A stretch of 36,066 nucleotides of DNA from Macrostomum lignano. Lineage: Eukaryota. Position numbers and translations under genes: made by a program. The stretch is taken from positions 1 through 36,066 of the forward strand of contig NIVC01003801.1 in assembly GCA_002269645.1 (NCBI GenBank). The letters run 5' to 3'. Positions 11,620-36,066 of this stretch are shown piece after piece. Below the pieces are notes generated by a model. That model had not been told where the DNA came from and ran no database searches. It saw nothing but the letters and a program-made list of their open reading frames with translations. Every line of letters begins with the position of its first letter. Positions within the stretch are counted from its first letter, which is position 1.

Positions 11620-12190
11620 TTTCCCTCCAGAGTATGTGACCTTGAGGTTTCCCTTCAGAACATGTGACCTTGAGATTTCCCTCCAGAGTATGTGCGAGAT
11701 TTCCCTCTACAGCATGTAACCTTGAGATTTCTTTCCATAGCATGTGACCTTGAGATTTCCCTCAAGAGTATGTGCGAGATTTCCCTCTAGAACATTTAAC
11801 ATTGAGATTTCCATCCAGAGCATGTGACCTTTAGGGTCGCCATCACAAACCCGAAAAGTCACAACTCCGAAAAGCGCTTTCAATCATAAACCCGAAATAT
11901 CACAAATTTTATAAGACATCATCAAAATTTTATCATAACTCCGAGAAAACCAAAATACCGTTGGGCGTTGTTACAATTCTTTCGGAGTTATGATATTTTG
12001 GATTTATGATGGAAAACGCTTTTCGAAGTTGTGATTTTTCGGGTTTGTGATGCCCCACTCTCTAGAACATGAACTTAGGAAATTTCTATTTATAGTATGT
12101 GACCTTGAGATTTCCCTCCAAAGCATGTAACCTTGAGAGTTCACTTAATACCTTGACCTTGAAATTCCCTTCTAGAGCATGTGACCTTAA
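11620..12190. repeat. Degenerate ~29-bp minisatellite (GTATGTGACCTTGAGATTTCCCTCCAGA), split by a MITE
   Basis: Direct reading. Confidence 0.75.
11841..12052. mobile_element. Small MITE interrupting a ~29-bp minisatellite
   Basis: ~60-bp imperfect TIRs CATCACAAACCCGAAAA... / ...TTTTCGGGTTTGTGATG. Exact ends and TSD are unclear. Confidence 0.65.
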
Positions 12191-12732
12191 ACGTTCCACT
12201 ATCCTACTTTCTCTAGTTCAATGATTCCCGGATAGGTCGAATTGTTTGTTCCGTGTGTCTTCCTAAGATCGCAAAATTTATGGTACAAACATTGTTCGTT
12301 TGACTCTACCTGTGCTGCAGCAGAGCAGAAAGTCATGCGGTATCAGAAAAAATGTTCTGAGTTCTGCTTTTCGTGTCTGAGGCCCAAAAAACAGCAGGAA
12401 TTGACAAGTTCTCTCAGCTGAAAACATTACTGTTTGGCGATTTTAAATGTTGTCTGTTAATTTTACTTTACAAGTTCTCTCTGCACTTCGTGTGTTTTAC
12501 CTTCCTCATAGCCATGTTATTAATTGTTACACTGAAATATATTCGTTTGTTTAACATGGTATATTGTGCAACGAATATTCTCTAACTAAATACTAATATT
12601 GCATACTAGTCGTGGGCCCAAGAAACTGGGCACAGAATTGCATGCAGCTTCCTCTTGCTTATTTTGAACTCAACCGAGCAGTGTGCAGCGAAATCGGCAG
12701 CGTCCGCAGAAATGGGTGGGCCAGATGATCTG

Positions 12733-13160
12733 GATCAGCAATCCATTCTATCCTTCATCAGTGATGTTGGCTAGATCAGCAATCCATTCTATCCTTCATC
12801 TGTGATGCTGGCTAGATCAGCAATCCATTCTATCCTTCATCTGTGATGCTGGCTAGATCAGCAATCCATTCTATCCTTCATCTGTGATGCTGGCTAGATC
12901 AGCAATCCATTCTATCCTTCATCTGTGATGCTGGCTAGATTAGCAATCCATTCTATCCTTCATCAGTGATGCTGGCTAGATTAGCAATCCATATTCTATC
13001 ACTTCATCAGTGATGTTGGCTAGATTAGCAATCCATTCTATCCTTCATCAGTGATGCTGGCTAGATTAGCAATCCATATTCTATCACTTCATCAGTGATG
13101 TTGGCTAGATTAGCAATCCATTCTATCCTTCATCAGTGATGCTGGCTAGATTAGCAATCC
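12733..13160. repeat. 41-bp minisatellite (GATCAGCAATCCATTCTATCCTTCATCTGTGATGCTGGCTA), ~10 copies
   Basis: Direct reading. Confidence 0.92.
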
Positions 13161-13680
13161 TAAATAATACAGTCTCGATAGAGTTTCATATTTTGCTATT
13201 TAAACTTTGTAACCATGGTTACGAATAGAGTTTCGCTGCGGTTCTGCTACTCACAAGCAATTTTCCCTAATTCCCAGCATCGAAATGTTTGCCCCATCAA
13301 GCAGCTGGCAAGCCGTTGGCTACTTCAATATTTGGATTTTCCTGGCTGGGAAAATATTCTACAATTGCAAACAGATCAGAGTATTATGTCAGATTGTTCA
13401 ATGCAAATCATTGAGCAGATTCCAGCCAATCAGCTGTCAGTCAGCAGATAACGGAAATTCCCTGTCTGTCGGGGTTTTATGGTCTCTATTTCATGCTTTC
13501 GTATTGTCTGTCTAAGGTTGAAATCATTTCATCACGTGATTTAGCCGCGACAGACCTCGCGACCGCGGCTGCACCCGTGAGTGCATCTCAGCTCTTGACA
13601 TTAAGGAACCATGAAACCTTAGTCATGATTATGCAATCATGAAAATTTGAAACCATTTAACTATGGAAGGAATCGTGTAA

Positions 13681-14103
13681 CCATGGAATCATGTAGCCAT
13701 GGAATCATGTAACCATGGAATCATGTAACCATGGAATAATGTAGCCATGGAATCATGTAACCATGGAATAATGTAGCCATGGAATCATGTAACCATGAAA
13801 TCATGTAGCCATGGAATCATGTAACCATGGAATCATGTAACCATGGAATAATGTAGCCATGGAATCATGTAACCATGGAATAATGTAGCCATGGAATCAT
13901 GTAACCATGGAATCATGTAACCATGGAATCATGTAACCATGGAATCATGTAACCATGGAATCATGTAACCGTGGAATCATGTAACCATGGAATAATGTAG
14001 CCATGGAATCATGTAACCATGGAATCATGTAACCATGGAATCATGTAACCATGGAATCATGTAACCATGGAATCATGTAACCGTGGAATCATGTAACCAT
14101 GGA
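13681..14103. repeat. 16-bp minisatellite (CCATGGAATCATGTAA)
   Basis: Direct reading. Confidence 0.93.
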
Positions 14104-14291
14104 AGCAGACTAATCATTCCCAATGAGTTAAACTGTAATTTTGCCAACAGGATCGAAGTACTCGTTCATAATTTTCTTTTTCGGAATTTGTTCTCGCGAG
14201 TTTCATGCCGCAGTGGTGTGGATTCTGCATCCGACAAGACGTGTTTGTTTTCACAGAAGGACAATTCGTTCGTTCTCTGCCGGGCTGCATA

Positions 14292-23009
<8,718 letters not shown>

Positions 23010-23760
23010 GTAAGATTCTCTGTGTAGTAGCACTTAGCCTATATAGATGTAGAATTTTGATTATAATGTTGTTTATTTATTACGTGAGCCGAACGACTGA
23101 ATGAAAGGCATGTAATGTTGGTAAATCAAGTAAGTTAACCCGAATGTTAAATTTAAATATAACCACATTTGCGGTTAAATTTACATGCATTCAGCTTGTC
23201 AGTCAAACTACATTTCTAAAAATTAAAGCTGGATAAGGACATACGGATGCCTTCGGTTAAATTATTGTAAACATAATATTTTAGAGACAAAACAGCCCAT
23301 CTGCGCAATAATCGGGACTGTTGCTAGATTTAACATTAGATCAAGACTCCTTTAAACGTTTAAAATGTTTGATATAACAAACGCTTATACCACCGATTGA
23401 AAATAATAAACTTTAGAGCAGGATCTGACAAAATGGCAGCATACTAGATATGTTTTGCTACTTTCTGCGTCAAATAAAATGCTTTCTTTGTTTTGCTCTG
23501 TTGAATTTGAATCACTTCTAGCACGCCATTTTTTGTAAAGTTTTAAGTTTACTAAGCGGCTATTGCGTGGGTTAAATGTGTCATCGAATCTCTGACTTTT
23601 GGTGTTTTAATTCTATTTATCAGTCTAGCTCAATAAGACAACTAGTGCAAGTTGAGTCAGTCAACTTTTCCAATTTGCTTACAGTCTCGGTCTAATTGCT
23701 TGTGTTAAAATTAAAATTTCGCTGTTTATTAGGCCTAGTGTTTAAAAGTTTGCTTTTGAA

Positions 23761-34608
<10,848 letters not shown>

Positions 34609-34647
34609 GTAGGGGTGGCGGTGATTGACGCGATTGGATGTGAAAAA

Positions 34648-36066
34648 TGGCACTGATTGATGTCACTTGTCACAGATGGCACTTATTGATGTCACAGATG
34701 GCACTGATTAGTGTCACAGATGGCACTGATTGATGTCACTGATGGCACTGATTGATGTCACAGATGGCACTGATTAGTGTCACAGATGGCACTGATTGAT
34801 GTCACAGATGGCACTGATTGATATCACAGATGGCACTGATTAGTGTCACAGATGGCACTGATTGATTGATGTCACAGATGGCACTGATTGATGTCACTGA
34901 TGGCACTGATTGATGTCACAGATGGCACTGATTGATGTCACAGATGGCACTGATTAGTGTCACAGATGGCACTGATTGATGTCACAGATGGCACTGATTG
35001 ATGTCACAGATGGCACTGATTGATGTCACAGATGGCACTGATTGATGTCACAGATGGCACTGATTGATGTCACAGATGGCACTGATTGATGTCACTGATG
35101 GCACTGATTGATGTCACAGATGGCACTGATTGATATCACAGATGGCACTGATTAGTGTCACAGATGGCACTGATTGATGTCACAGATGGCACTGATTGAT
35201 GTCACAGATGGCACTGATTGATGTCACTGATGGCACTTATTGATGTCACAGATGGCACTGATTGATGTCACTGATGGCACTGATTGATGTCACTGATGGC
35301 ACTGATTGATGTCACAGATGGCACTGATTGATGTCACAGATGGCACTGATTGATGTCACAGATGGCACTGATTGATGTCACTTGTCACAGATGGCACTGA
35401 TTGATGTCACAGATGGCACTGATTGATATCACAGATGGCACTGATTAGTGTCACAGATGGCACTGATTGATGTCACTGATGGCACTGATTGATGTCACAG
35501 ATGGCACTGATTGATATCACAGATGGCACTGATTAGTGTCACAGATGGCACTGATTGATGTCACAGATGGCACTGATTGATGTCACAGATGGCACTGATT
35601 GATGTCACAGATGGCACTGATTGATGTCACAGATGGCACTGATTGATGTCACTGATGGCACTGATTGATGTCACAGATGGCACTGATTGATATCACAGAT
35701 GGCACTGATTAGTGTCACAGATGGCACTGATTGATGTCACAGATGGCACTGATTGATATCACAGATGGCACTGATTAGTGTCACAGATGGCACTGATTGA
35801 TTGATGTCACAGATGGCACTTATTGATGTCACAGATGGCACTGATTGATGTCACAGATGGCACTGATTGATATCACAGATGGCACTGATTTGTGTCACAG
35901 ATGGCACTGATTGATTGATGTCACAGATGGCACTTATTGATGTCACAGATGGCACTGATTGATGTCACAGATGGCACTGATTGATGTCACAGATGGCACT
36001 GATTGATGTCACTGATGGCACTGATTGATGTCACAGATGGCACTGATTGATGTCACTGATGGCACT
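34648..36066. repeat. 22-bp minisatellite (GATGGCACTGATTGATGTCACA), runs to window end
   Basis: Direct reading; MCM3 intron 9. Confidence 0.96.

Noticed and set aside
12733-13160. CRISPR-like array (also considered for the other arrays)
   Set aside because: Units are head-to-tail with no unique spacers, there are no cas genes, and the context is eukaryotic.
12240-13515. Possible extra small gene between SNX and the AbfB-like gene (ORFs 12373-12585, 13215-13451)
   Set aside because: No recognisable motif and no consistent exon chain. It may be UTR or an unrecognised gene, but cannot be supported.

Overview
Eukaryotic (animal) genomic DNA, not a prokaryotic locus, so most ORF-track entries are artefacts of tandem repeats. 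GC-rich exons, GT-AG introns and minisatellite-filled introns resemble the flatworm Macrostomum (inference only). Four spliced genes can be reconstructed by hand: (1) a PRORP/MRPP3-like protein-only RNase P (minus strand, runs off the left edge); (2) a divergent SNX5/6/32-type PX-BAR sorting nexin; (3) an unannotated-looking secreted protein with AbfB/CBM42-like beta-trefoil repeats; (4) MCM3 (runs off the right edge). Intron 2 of the AbfB-like gene holds a full-length, ORF-intact I-group (LOA-like) non-LTR retrotransposon (ORF1; APE-RT-RNase H-CCHC), inserted in a 22-bp minisatellite. About one third of the window is ~19 unrelated minisatellite arrays. Several TIR MITEs have clear TSDs (Merlin-like, two MULE-like, hAT). 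All four host genes show reading-frame lesions, mostly -1 (missing base), while the 4.7 kb of retroelement ORFs has none. Assembly error or a decaying duplicate copy are the leading explanations.
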